NCBI GenBank assembly: GCA_010093705.1
Contig: MU006106.1
Coordinates: 275,086 to 339,085 of the forward strand
Length of the DNA: 64,000 bases
Reading direction: 5' to 3'
From: Patellaria atrata CBS 101060
Taxonomy: Eukaryota
In this document: piece by piece, positions 24,606 to 35,676 of the stretch
Layout: each line of letters opens with the position of its first letter
Numbering within the stretch: the first letter of the stretch is position 1
Notes under the pieces: generated by a model
Told to the model about the DNA's origin: nothing
The model's input: the letters and a program-made list of their open reading frames with translations, nothing else
Database searches by the model: none
Position numbers and translations under genes: made by a program

Positions 24606-25338
24606 CCTGGTGGTCCAATAAAGGACAAAAAGTTCGGAGAGATGCGGCTATGGGAAAAGCAAACGCCAGAGAGAATTATGAAAGATAGAAGCAAAGGGTG
24701 CTCATTCTTGCAAGTGTAGCAAGCTAAGCTGTAGTAGGTCTGAAGTTGAAGTTGAAAATGTCAAGAACAAGTTCGAGTGGAGTGGCGTTGTGTCAAAGCA
24801 AGCTGTAAAGCCGTTGTAGACACGTTTGTCGCGTGAAGCTCCTGCATCATCGTCGAGACCTGCCAAGCCGCCTCCCTCTCCCACTTGATATCCCTGTACT
24901 TCTCTACAGCTGCTTCTCTGCTTGACATCTCTAGCTGCTTCAGTAGTTGCATATCATTGAAATTCTATCCCTAAATATACCATTTCAGAAACCAATTTTG
25001 TGTTTACCGTAACTCTATGGCCTGGCAATTTTGCGAACGTATGCTCGCTAGAACTGTAATGATGAAATCTGGGGATCACAACTTCACAAGAATACTTTCC
25101 GGGCATTACCGGAAGACCTAAAAGACACTGGGAAGAACTGGAAAATTTATGGTAGTAAAGATTATTATTATCTACTATGTATTACTATACTTCGTTGACC
25201 ATTACTCTCGTCGATTACTCCTCCATCTTCATAACCATTAACTCCTTCATCATTTCCGCTAAATACAGAGCATCGTCAGTGGCTGGCACTAAGCCCAGCA
25301 TTCTCCGAGTTCAATCAACAAGGCATTGAAAAGTTGTT

Positions 25339-25941
25339 CTAGTAGCCACCGGCGGTCTCAGTGAAGACTCTGGTAACATTCACTGCCTGGCAGGTCGGGT
25401 TTTGTGGTGGGGCGTTACCCAATTGCCATGATAGGGCCAGATAGCGGTAGGCGGAGTAATAAGTCTGGCAAGCAAACCAGCGATAAAGGGGGAAACTCTC
25501 GCCAGCCTCGATAGGATCAACGCTATCGTCAATGTAGGCAGGGACGTATAGCTTCTCGTCCTCATCGAAGGCAATTAGGAGCTCGCCGTACCCGGGTTGG
25601 AGTTGAGGTAGTGCGAGGTTGGATGAGGGATTGTAGGAGAAAACCATGGGCTCGTTGACGACGAAGTTGCCACCGTGGAGATCCCAAGTGAGATATCCGC
25701 TGTCCGAAGTGAAGTCGGGAGTGTCGGAGTAGTTGTAGAAATATGGATAAGCGGAAGGCGTATCGTAGACACAAAGGTTCTCAATTGCGGCTCCGGAATG
25801 GCATGGAGTCAGGTATTTTCCATCGAGAGTTTCGTTAACAGACTTGAGCACGAGATTGAATGGTGCTGATTGGTTGTAGTATTGTGCAGCTACGTGAGTA
25901 GCAGCGCCGAGAAGTAAACTTGCAGTTGCGAAAGATCTCAT
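25339..25941 (-). CDS. Secreted/cell-wall fungal protein (200 aa), conserved hypothetical
   Basis: Signal peptide MRSFATASLLLGAATHVAA, N-glycosylation sequons (NQS, NET, NYS, NVT), four Cys, motifs CHSGAAIENLC, RWFAC and PQNPTCQAV. A TATA-like TATATAAA lies on the minus strand at ~26099-26106. Confidence 0.8.
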   Translation of the reverse strand: MRSFATASLLLGAATHVAAQYYNQSAPFNLVLKSVNETLDGKYLTPCHSGAAIENLCVYDTPSAYPYFYNYSDTPDFTSDSGYLTWDLHGGNFVVNEPMVFSYNPSSNLALPQLQPGYGELLIAFDEDEKLYVPAYIDDSVDPIEAGESFPLYRWFACQTYYSAYRYLALSWQLGNAPPQNPTCQAVNVTRVFTETAGGY

Positions 25942-27766
25942 TTTGATTTAAAAATGTGATTGAACGATTGTCAAGAATGATTTGGAGCGACAGACTGAGA
26001 AGAATGAAAATCTAGGTACTCCGCAACTTTCCGATCTGTGACTGTGTTGATGCTTGGTGGATGTGTGAAGAGATGAAAAGGGCAGCAGCGAACCTACATT
26101 TATATATGTTTACAACTAACCATATTGTATAAAGAGGCGAGGCTGGAAATGGAAGGATACGATGTGAGCATGTATTGCAAATGGCTGACGGTGGTGACGA
26201 TGCTACCTCATAGGAGGGCAGCTGAGCTGTGCCCCGCACTGCGTAGGATAGGAAGAGTCGAGATCGTCACAATACGAGCATGACGATCAGGTGGTTGGCA
26301 TAAATGAGTATAAGCTTGCGGGCAAAACGCTTTGACTTCCACCGACTTCCTAGAACTCACAGGAAAATCGGCCGTTTGAACGACGTCAATACGTAAAGAT
26401 CAGAGTGATACTAGCATGTTTGAAGGCTGGGGCGGTCAAAGTGTAAGCGACTATGTGTATCCTAATCTGGAGATTCGATAGCTAGATTTTGTTCGGGAGC
26501 ATATCCACCCATGGTAAGGACTTGTCGGCCTTTCGTATTCCTGGGAATAATGTGAGTTCGTCCGGGTTGGTGATGGCAGCGTAGTGCAGACATCTGGAGT
26601 GAAGTGAATTGTTCCAGCCACCGTACCACGATATGGGCAATTGTTGCTGACCGATGAGATATGAGTTTCAGAAGAAAAATGCAAAGCGGAAACGCGGCTC
26701 TACTGAGTTGGTATTTTCAGCCTCCTGTGTTCCGTAAGGTAACGATCAACAGTTAGATGTACGGTATCCGTCTGGGTGGAGATGTCTCGTAATATTTTAT
26801 TCCCCTTTTCAGTATGGATGTGCAAAGACTCAACGAAGCAAAATGTCCGTTAAAGTTATTGATTTATGTGAAGGTTGTAGCGGACGGATACTGTACAGAC
26901 TGCAAAACAGCAAAAAGCACGGAGGCGTCGGTTACCGGCCAAGCCGCTCGCTTTTCTCCGACATGCTTAGCCGAGCTTGAGTAGCGCCACGGAAATAGCA
27001 TCACCAGCATTTTTTTCAAACTTTCACACCACCCAAAAGTTATCTCTTGCTCTTTCAGGATCCCTTATACGACCATATCGATTCCTTCTCTCATTCTCTA
27101 TAGTATCCCAATCCTGAGTGCATCCTGCTAGAACTATATCATCGCCATCAGTTGAACTAAGATATTCTGGATTTCCCCAACTTTCTTGATGAAATATACC
27201 TTGCTTCTCGGCCGAGGGAAACCTTCCGAGCTGAATTCGGCTTAAGTACGCATGGTGTGATATGGTACTTTAGTATATTATCCAACTCAGCAACAATTAT
27301 CTTAGTCCCGATGCGACCGAAACACGGTGAGCGCAAGTTGACGATGTATCGGAGGTCCTGTATTTCACGCTTATTATGAGGAATACGATGATAATGTATT
27401 CTAAGTCCATGAAGCACGAGAAGCATCGTATCGGCGGCATGTACCCTGTTCCACTTTGTTGATTTTTAACCCTTTTACGTATGGGTGGGTCCTTACACCG
27501 CTGCAATCGAATTGACTTCACATTGAAACGAGACTCTCATAATGCGCTTCAAATCAATTGATCTAATGCTTCTAGGTGAATCTTCGTTACTTCAGTTATG
27601 CTGTCGGGTATTAGGATTATGGTGGATTATCAACACGTGCTTCATTTTGTTCGTTCACTTCTTCCTGATTGCCTCACCAGGATCAGGAATGGAATCGCTG
27701 TTCCGCGAATTCTAGGGTATCCAACCTGCTAATGTCGAGCATAGGGCATATATCGGTGTATAGGAT

Positions 27767-28806
27767 TCAAGCTGTGTAGGTCATTTCCATCTTAATATCG
27801 TTTACGGTGTTTGCCCATCCAGGGAACTATCAAATCAGTATAATTCCTAAGTAAGAATGCACCCGTAGAGGAACCTACCTGTGCACACACCCAGATACCA
27901 ATTCTGTCTCCTGACCTAAGCGATTTAATAAAATCCTTTCCATCTCCGGTGCCGTCCCCAGTCTCATGAACTTCGTTCTCTTCGTACCCTGAGCGTTCAA
28001 AATCCTTTGTACCATCCTCGTACCATGTAACCGTGTGGTCTATAAAGTTTTCATTGGCACAGAGATTCCTCTGCAGATGCCAGACAGGTGTGTCCCCATT
28101 CTTGACTATTTCCCAGCCCTGATCATGTAAGGGATGAACAAAGTCGTTGACATCTGGTATTCTGTTGGCGGTGATGGTTTGTGGTGGGGGTTCCTTGATA
28201 GGTCGAAATATGGAGACTTCAAACCAGGTGAAAGAGGAATCATACTTGTCTTACCGAGCGTCAGCTATAGGAATCATCAACGGATTAAGCGATATACTTA
28301 CTCTTTCTAGAAGGCTCGTTGTCACACCAGCCTTGGTCATGACTGTTCGTGTAGAACTTTATCTTTCTGACCCTCAATTTCTCCCCTGGTTGAGGTTCGG
28401 GTATGGGATTAGAGACCAGGTAGAGATGTCTGAGTGAGTTTCCAACCCCCGAACTAGCACTAGCTATAACACCCTTATCATTTTGACAAGACAACTTCGG
28501 GAAGTATTCAGCTGTGGTGATGATTATGTCCGCAAGTTCAAGAGGTAGTTTACAGCGAAGGTGGAGTAAGAGTCGGACGGCGTGTTGATCTTTAGGTGTG
28601 GGTATGTAAGGTTCACCAGGTTTGGATGCAGAGGTGCCCATCTTCTCAGAAGGGTGGTCAACACGGTGTTCTTCCTCGTAACGTTGCTGATTTAAGCGTT
28701 GTTGCTCCTGTATTTGGCGGCGCTGGTGAGGGTTTACTACACGTTCCACATCAGACACGCTATACTGGATAGGGAAGGGCATACAAATACGCGGGTGGTT
28801 CAGCAT
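27767..28806 (-). CDS. Conserved fungal hypothetical protein with LPLELADIII (F-box-like) and SHDQGW motifs; 3 exons (introns ~28250-28301 and ~27826-27879)
   Basis: Spliced product ...KIKFYTNSHDQGW...KYDSSFTWFEVSI...WHLQRNLCA...GDGKDFIKSLRSGDRIGIWVCAQ|FPGWANTVNDIKMEMTYTA*. Start is ambiguous: ATG 28806, or ATG 28641 (MGTSASK). Confidence 0.75.
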
Positions 28807-29533
28807 TTTGGTCACTTTCTGGGGGATAGATGGGATTAGAAAATTGGTTGTTTGGTTGAATGGAATATAGAAGAACGAGGTTTCTTTGTTGTTTGATGCA
28901 ATCAGCAGTTAAGGTATCTTACCTTTATTCTTTGGGCCCAACGGTCGCGAGAGAGTGTCATGAGCGATGACGTCCCACCGGCTGTTACTCGGTACGTATC
29001 ATCCTTCCTCTAGTGGACTACGTCAAAGTTCGCGAACTCCTCAGTCCTCACCATCGAACATTCCAGACTGAATGCCGAGCCTTTCGAACCCCCATTCGAG
29101 TTATTCCTTCCATCAGACGCTCATCTAGTTGCGCTACTCCCTTGAATTCCCACGATTCCCCAGACTATCGGATCGTGGGGTACAGATGGGTTCCGTCATT
29201 TCAGTTCCAGATCAGCGAGGCAACTGTGCTTGTGACTTCCTACCAGAGGCTGAGCATCGTGAGCATTTACTTTTGGTGCTTCGGGATTGTGAGGATACAA
29301 AGAATTGGATGAGAAACTGCGGAGCGATCGCCATGAGTGTTGAGCAGATTGTTTTGTACATGTTGTACCTCGAAGGTCAATATTATTATCTACCAAAATC
29401 CGTATCCATTTTCAATACAAATCATACTTTACAAAACGATTAGTCGCGCCGAATATGCATTTTGTTCCTTGTTCAAACTATTTTCTTAAGGCTCAAAAAG
29501 ATTTACAATTCTCAAAATCGTCAATACCGCATT

Positions 29534-30886
29534 TTACAACGGGAACTTTACTCCTACGCGACCTCTTGTTTTCCCGGCATGCTACAGAACGATCAATATG
29601 ATGTAGCTTGAGGGGACAACCAGTACTTACCATAATATCGATCATTTTGGGTAGATCCTCCAACACATAGGTCGTTAAATGTGGCTTGACACCATGCTTT
29701 GCAGAAAATTCAATTGCAGGTCTCATGTTCGCAGGCGTACCGTTGTTGGATCCCATAAGTCTAAATCGTCCCATAGCAATATCCATGCCGTTGAACGTCA
29801 ATGGTTGTCTCGGAATGCCCACGGCCATCAATATGCCGAGAGCTGGTCTAATGATCTGTGGAGCATCGTCATACGCCTTCTTTGAGGCTGTGAAGTTTAC
29901 AGCAGCATCAACACCCCCATTGGTGATTTCCAGAATCTTTTTCACATATTCCTTGTCTGTCATGGAGTTAAAGACATAATCGGCACCCTGCACCTTCGCC
30001 TCTTCTAGTTGGTCGTCTACAACATCGAGTCCAATGACTTTCAGGCCCATCGCCCTAGCAAGATAAGTATTTGTCTCTTTCGTTCCCATAAATATTTAAT
30101 TTTGGACACTCACTTGGCATATTGAACACCCTGCTGGGGTGATTAGCATAGTAGCACGTAATCCTTACAGTGTGAAACAAACCATATGTCCAAGTCCACC
30201 ACAGCCGATGATGGCCATCCACTGTCCTGGCTTCAACTTACAGTCATCCACACCGTGGTATGCGGTAACTCCAGCGCAGAATAGAGGCGCAGCTTCCGTG
30301 ACGTCCAACTCTTCAGGCAAGACCATAGAACACCGGGAGTCGACGACAACGTATTCCTGAAAGTATCCATCCACACCGAAACCTGCCATTTGTTGCTTCC
30401 CTGTGACGCACCTAGATGTATTCAATTGCATTCAGGAATAGCGGCAGCATGGACTTAGCTTACCATAGATTGTGGCTAAAAAGGGAGCTGAATTAGCTTG
30501 GACCATCTCAGGGTACAGACCCGCTGTTCACGGGATGCAGTAACTTACGTCTTGACACACGGTTCACACTCGAGACAACAATCGCTTGCAGGCAAAAAGC
30601 CGACTTTATCACCGACTTTGAAATTTTGCACATCACTTCCTAATTCTTTTACAACACCAGTCGCCTCGTGCCCGATTGTTACTGGATTCTTTCCTAAGAT
30701 CAGACCTTGGTCGTTTGGCTCGAACATCATCACGTCCGAATGGCATAACGACGCACATGCAACCTTGACTAACAGTTCGTGCGGTCTTGGTTTGGGGATT
30801 TCGATCTCATTGAGATGCAACTTATTATCCCTTGCATCGTATTGCTGAGCTTTTTGAGTTTTCATTGTACCGTTTACACCGTCCAT
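29534..30886 (-). CDS. Zinc-dependent medium-chain alcohol dehydrogenase; 6 exons including 12-nt and 17-nt micro-exons
   Basis: CHSD and GHEATG (catalytic Zn). Structural Zn CLECEPC...C is completed by splicing (T|HNLW|C). Also AAPLFCAGVTAY and GCGGLG; last exon HAGKTRGRVGVKFPL*. Confidence 0.9.
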
Positions 30887-32654
30887 GATCTAAGCATATG
30901 AACAAATAAAAATAGGGGTATTTTTTCGACCGGTACAGACGAAACCTGGAAAATAAATTCTGACTAGAACTAAGAAATTACAAGTACAGATAGGAAGAGT
31001 CGAGCATTATATATATACTTTTAAACGCCTATTGTTTGGATGTAGGATACCGCCAACAGGAACAGAAGAGGATATCGGGATCCCGGATCTCAACCGATGA
31101 CCTGGAGGGGCAACGCTACATGGGGTTCTCTACTAAAGGACGGGTAACAACAACCGCACACAAAAATGGTGGGGGCAGAGTTCCAGAACACCCCTCTTCA
31201 ATAGAGAACTATCGATGTCATTGAAGTTGACAACTCGGATGAAAAACCTCCTGTTGTTTCCTAGAATACCGTTCTCCAAAGTCTCCCGGGTTATATTCGC
31301 TTCCAACCCGGAATATACTCAAGAATTTTACTGTACTTCAAAGGATACGCTAGTCAATCGTCCGGTGTATTGTAGCAGTATGTCTCTATGCCGTCCGTCT
31401 GGATTGGCCTGTTATGGTTGCCGATGTATAATTGAGCGGATACAACGAACGATCGGGAGACTACAAGAACTAAAGGATCAACGTCGACAAGTCGTATCGA
31501 TATATGTTATTCTTCAATGTTTCTCATCAAGGTCCATTCAACGGTTTTAAATTCGAGGGCTCATTTAGTGATCATCTCCCGTAGGAGATTCGAAGCCGAA
31601 CATCTTGCATTTAGAACGGAGGAATGCTTGATCTATCTTTTAACCAATTCAATCACTGGGCCGTCTCTGCACGCACACCGTGTGTGCTTCGTAACTTCCG
31701 ATGGAGATGTCTTCAGTTCACTGCTCTTTTGACAAACCCAATAGGTTTAGAATGGTTTCCTTCAAAATAGAGGGACCTTAACAACTGGAGTGAGTCTAAT
31801 GATAGAGTTCTTCATATCGGAAGAATAAGTATCGCAGTCGCCCTTTGGGAGGTATTCAATTTCTATTCAAACCATAACCGACGAGATTGATATAGGAAGT
31901 ATCGTTTATCGAATATGACTGGTCTGTGGCTTGGAGGTTGGTGAGATTTTAGGGGAACTCCGACAGTGGTGCATCCCTTTTATAACCTTTTGTGACACTG
32001 TACCATGATGGTATTATTTCCTTCTTATGACTTCTATGACAAGGGTACGAGGAGATATAACCCAAAAATCAAAAAGCTTGAATTGACGCTATGCCAAGCC
32101 AAGATGTCATCAAGGTCTACGTCAACTACACGCATTTTAAGATATATAGCCTACGTAAAATCAAAATACAATTTCCCTTTACTCTCCATTTCATTATAAA
32201 ATCCTCGATTGAGAAAAAAAAATTACAAAAAATTTGAGGTGTCCAGTTCCGATAGCGAGGCTTGAACAGTGGGATGGACAAAGACGTAACTCAGATATCG
32301 GGCTTTCTACGCGGTGTGGTATTTTTTACACTCTCATTGGTCCAATTTGCTCTGATGCCTCCATTTCTTCGCGGTACGTGTGGATTGACTCTAAGTTCAC
32401 TTCTGATATGATACCTGTTTTAATCACCCCTGAGTTTCTTTATATATTCTCCTAGCGTCTCGCTAGTTGCTTCGTATATCTGATCAAAATTCTTCATAAT
32501 CCTTCTCTGACTGGTCAAACGGCTTACTATCTGCTGAATTCAGATAGCCAGAGCTCTTGAACGAGCATTACTAACCGAAGAATAGATGGTATTTATCATA
32601 GCTAGTGGAGATCTTACTCCATAGAAAAATGTCTCGCAGCTGTCCGATAGCTGG

Positions 32655-34910
32655 TTATATTATTGTTACCGTCTTTACCGGCCAGGGTAAGTAAGACTGA
32701 GTCGGGTTCTTCTGCCACTCCTCGCGAGAAGGTAACATAGCCGATCCAACGCGCCGATACATCTCTACACCTTCAGAGAAGGGAAGAGGTTCCAGAACTA
32801 AGACCCACGTTGTGCGATTGTTACAGATTTGCAGATAGGCCAACTCATACTGTGGATCCTGGCCCTCATTTTCAAAGAGGCTTTCTTCGCCGAGGTAAAC
32901 TTCGTTCCAGTAAATTCTCCTCCGAGGGAAAATAAGCAGCCTTCCTTGTTGCAACTCTACTTCGAAGTTGTCCTTGTGGATGTTGCTGACTCTATAGCAA
33001 TCATAGAACCAATATGGGATGTTCCGGGTTGAGACCTTCAAAAGGGGGCCTTCGATTGTGATGCTCCCTGACGTTACACGACCGAAGCTATCATCGTCGA
33101 TATTCTTGACCGAGATGTCAATAATTTTCGTAGTGGGTTTGCCCTCGTATTGCCATCGTAGCATATGAATTGAAGGGCGTCGATAATACCCGAAATCCCA
33201 AGGATCATACGTCGATGTACTATGCTCAAGTGCAGCCCAGCTCCAAGATGGTGCCACGTATGTAATATATCTCTTTGCTCCTGGTCCAACCGGTTTCCAT
33301 AGTAGTTCAACGTGAATATGCTCTAGCCACAAACCCCCTTTGTACTTGAAACCAGTGATTTGTTGGACCTCCCGGGCGATACCTGATATGGCAGGAAATC
33401 TGTCTTCGCCGAAAGTGATATTTCGTGAAGTAAAGTCGTTCAGGTGCTTTTCCCACAGCTCAAGCGCTTGTATTTCGTCCTTACGTTTTAAAGAAAATAG
33501 ATTTGGTTCTACCTCGACCCCGTTGATGGCGATTTCATGGGCGTTTGCACCATCCATATTTAGAGCACGAAAGTTGTTGATGAATGGAATCTTTTCGCTC
33601 CATATGGCCTCCCTACACTTCCAAGACACTTGAGCTTTAGCAAATCTCAAGACTCGAGAGGACAGTATTGATTCGTGTAAAGCCCAGGCCCGTTGACTGA
33701 GAGGTCCAGCAGGTTTTTTCAACGGTCCATAGTTGTAATAGCCGCAGTGGATAGTTCCAATCGCTCCATTTCTCTTGCTCTTGCAATCGATCCGAACAAG
33801 GGATTCCTCAGCTGACACTGGCTCTCTGCATAAGTTTGAGCTTGCAAAGATGCCGCAATGGCTATTCGGAGCCTCATCAGCTGCGATTGTAAGCACAGAG
33901 TTCCTATAGATGTAGCCCATGTTTGCGGATTCTTTTCTCCAATCTTCAGCCGAATCCTGAATTATGCAGAGTGAATCGATCCACAGGTACTGGTAGCCAA
34001 ACCTGCGGGTTATTTCGATAGCATCTCTGAATAGTTCTGGCAACTCAGTCCATCGTAACTCCCGACAATGATCATCCAAAGAAATGAGCTCCGTTTTGAT
34101 GGGCTGCATCCCACCCCAGCAATGGCTTAGTGCAACCCACCTCCCTCGCGCGCCGCCTGAAAGCGTGAGAGCTGCGCTCCCATCATCGCCTAACCGGATG
34201 ACTCGAGTTGGTAACACTGGTGGAAGCGTTGGGTAGCATTTACTGTGTTTCTGTTCGCAGATATTGCTCCATGTTTTGAATAAGTCAAACGATGCCTCAG
34301 AGGATATGTCCTTGTGGATAGGTCGTGCAACGATTAGACTAAAGATTGGATCATCTGAGAGCCAGCAAGACTTGATTAGCTTAAGAGCTACAACGCAACT
34401 TTCAAGTGCTCCTTTCGTCTTACCATTTGTTGTGCATACATCAAGTGATGCTATATCTGCGTCGTTTATTAGGTCCTTTTGACCCCACTGTTTCCAATTC
34501 AAAGTTGGCGGATCATTACGGAGAGTAACTGTGATCCCCCTGTTACTGGAATGCTGCGTATCAACATTTCTTCTACCCCTTATCCTTCGCTCCTTGACAT
34601 GGTTACAGATGACCTGGCAGAGCTCACACCCGCCTTTCATCGCTGAATCCTGAATATCGGCAAAGCTCATATGGTGGTCAATTCCACATTCAGTGATTCT
34701 GTCAAAGTCTAGGAGCTTGCAAAACCTGCAAAGCTTAGCGGTCGATGGATTGTATACTACCGGGAAAGGGCTTCTTCGCTCCATTACAGGGTTATGTTCT
34801 CTTTCCCTTATTGCGGGTTTATTGTCCTGTGTCCCCGAGCTGTTTTGAAATGGTTTTAACCCTTGGATAATGGTGGTTCCCCCCCGTTCAGTGGAGTTCT
34901 GATGGCCCAT
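32655..34910 (-). CDS. HET-domain (heterokaryon incompatibility, PF06985-type) protein; probable in-frame 69-nt intron 34355-34423
   Basis: LPTRVIRL, WVALSHCWGG, FRDAIEITRRFGYQYLWIDSLCIIQDSAEDW, ESANMGYIYRNS, LSQRAWALHE, DRFPAISGIA, APSWSWAA. Start codon uncertain. Confidence 0.92.
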   Translation of the reverse strand: MGHQNSTERGGTTIIQGLKPFQNSSGTQDNKPAIREREHNPVMERRSPFPVVYNPSTAKLCRFCKLLDFDRITECGIDHHMSFADIQDSAMKGGCELCQVICNHVKERRIRGRRNVDTQHSSNRGITVTLRNDPPTLNWKQWGQKDLINDADIASLDVCTTNGKTKGALESCVVALKLIKSCWLSDDPIFSLIVARPIHKDISSEASFDLFKTWSNICEQKHSKCYPTLPPVLPTRVIRLGDDGSAALTLSGGARGRWVALSHCWGGMQPIKTELISLDDHCRELRWTELPELFRDAIEITRRFGYQYLWIDSLCIIQDSAEDWRKESANMGYIYRNSVLTIAADEAPNSHCGIFASSNLCREPVSAEESLVRIDCKSKRNGAIGTIHCGYYNYGPLKKPAGPLSQRAWALHESILSSRVLRFAKAQVSWKCREAIWSEKIPFINNFRALNMDGANAHEIAINGVEVEPNLFSLKRKDEIQALELWEKHLNDFTSRNITFGEDRFPAISGIAREVQQITGFKYKGGLWLEHIHVELLWKPVGPGAKRYITYVAPSWSWAALEHSTSTYDPWDFGYYRRPSIHMLRWQYEGKPTTKIIDISVKNIDDDSFGRVTSGSITIEGPLLKVSTRNIPYWFYDCYRVSNIHKDNFEVELQQGRLLIFPRRRIYWNEVYLGEESLFENEGQDPQYELAYLQICNNRTTWVLVLEPLPFSEGVEMYRRVGSAMLPSREEWQKNPTQSYLPWPVKTVTII

Positions 34911-35676
34911 TCTCGTTGTTGGTGCTCTACTATTATTTTCCAAGAGTCGGATAGAGTAAAACAGTTAGCGTTCCAGAGCGTCACACTAAAGACAGTGGTT
35001 GACTCCAATGTTAGGTAACTTATAATCAATCTCTCGTCTCTCACGGGGCTGGGATCCACAACAAGAGCTGGAACAAGTCCCAGCTAAGTCTGGAGATTAA
35101 TGGAAGTGCCCTTTGAAAGTTTTACTACTAACACTAATATGGTCTTAGATTATACTGTAGAGAGCATGAGTACGAAATTCGGACGTTTGATGTTACAGCA
35201 CTCTTGCTTTCGATCTACGACACAACCTGAGATAGAAGGCTGATATTGGTCCAAGCTTCTCTCAGCTCATACTGTACTACAGTACGAGCCCAAGGTAGAC
35301 TTGCAATGGCTAGGTAGACCCGTTGATTCTCTTGCACGATCGAGTCGCTTTTCGATGTTCAGTTAAAGAAGGACTCGAGAACGTGAATAGAAGCTCGTTT
35401 CCGCCATCGAGGCCGTTGTTTGGAAAAACGAACATGACAATAGGCGTAAACTTACTCTAATAGTTGAATTCGTCGATATCTCTAATAGTAAACAATCATA
35501 TTGATACCCATAATAAATACCAACGTAGAGTCGTCCAAATATCAAGCAACCATTCCCTAACTCCGTATTCCATCCGACAACGCCACCCAACTCGCACAAG
35601 TAATGAAAAAACGAACGCTAAATAAATTACCCACATCGAGCGCCCGCTTTCTCTATGAATTCAGTAATAACTCACT

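Noticed and set aside
27157..27521. Short minus-strand ORFs upstream of the secreted-protein gene
   Set aside because: Under 90 aa, no motifs and no clear splice-supported extension.
29534..30886. Twin introns (stwintrons) or non-canonical splicing around the ADH micro-exons
   Set aside because: All introns resolve as ordinary GT-AG introns that restore the expected protein motifs.
25339..34910. Secondary-metabolite gene cluster (ADH, secreted protein, HET, nearby decarboxylase)
   Set aside because: No backbone synthase, transporter or pathway regulator; the genes are functionally unrelated.
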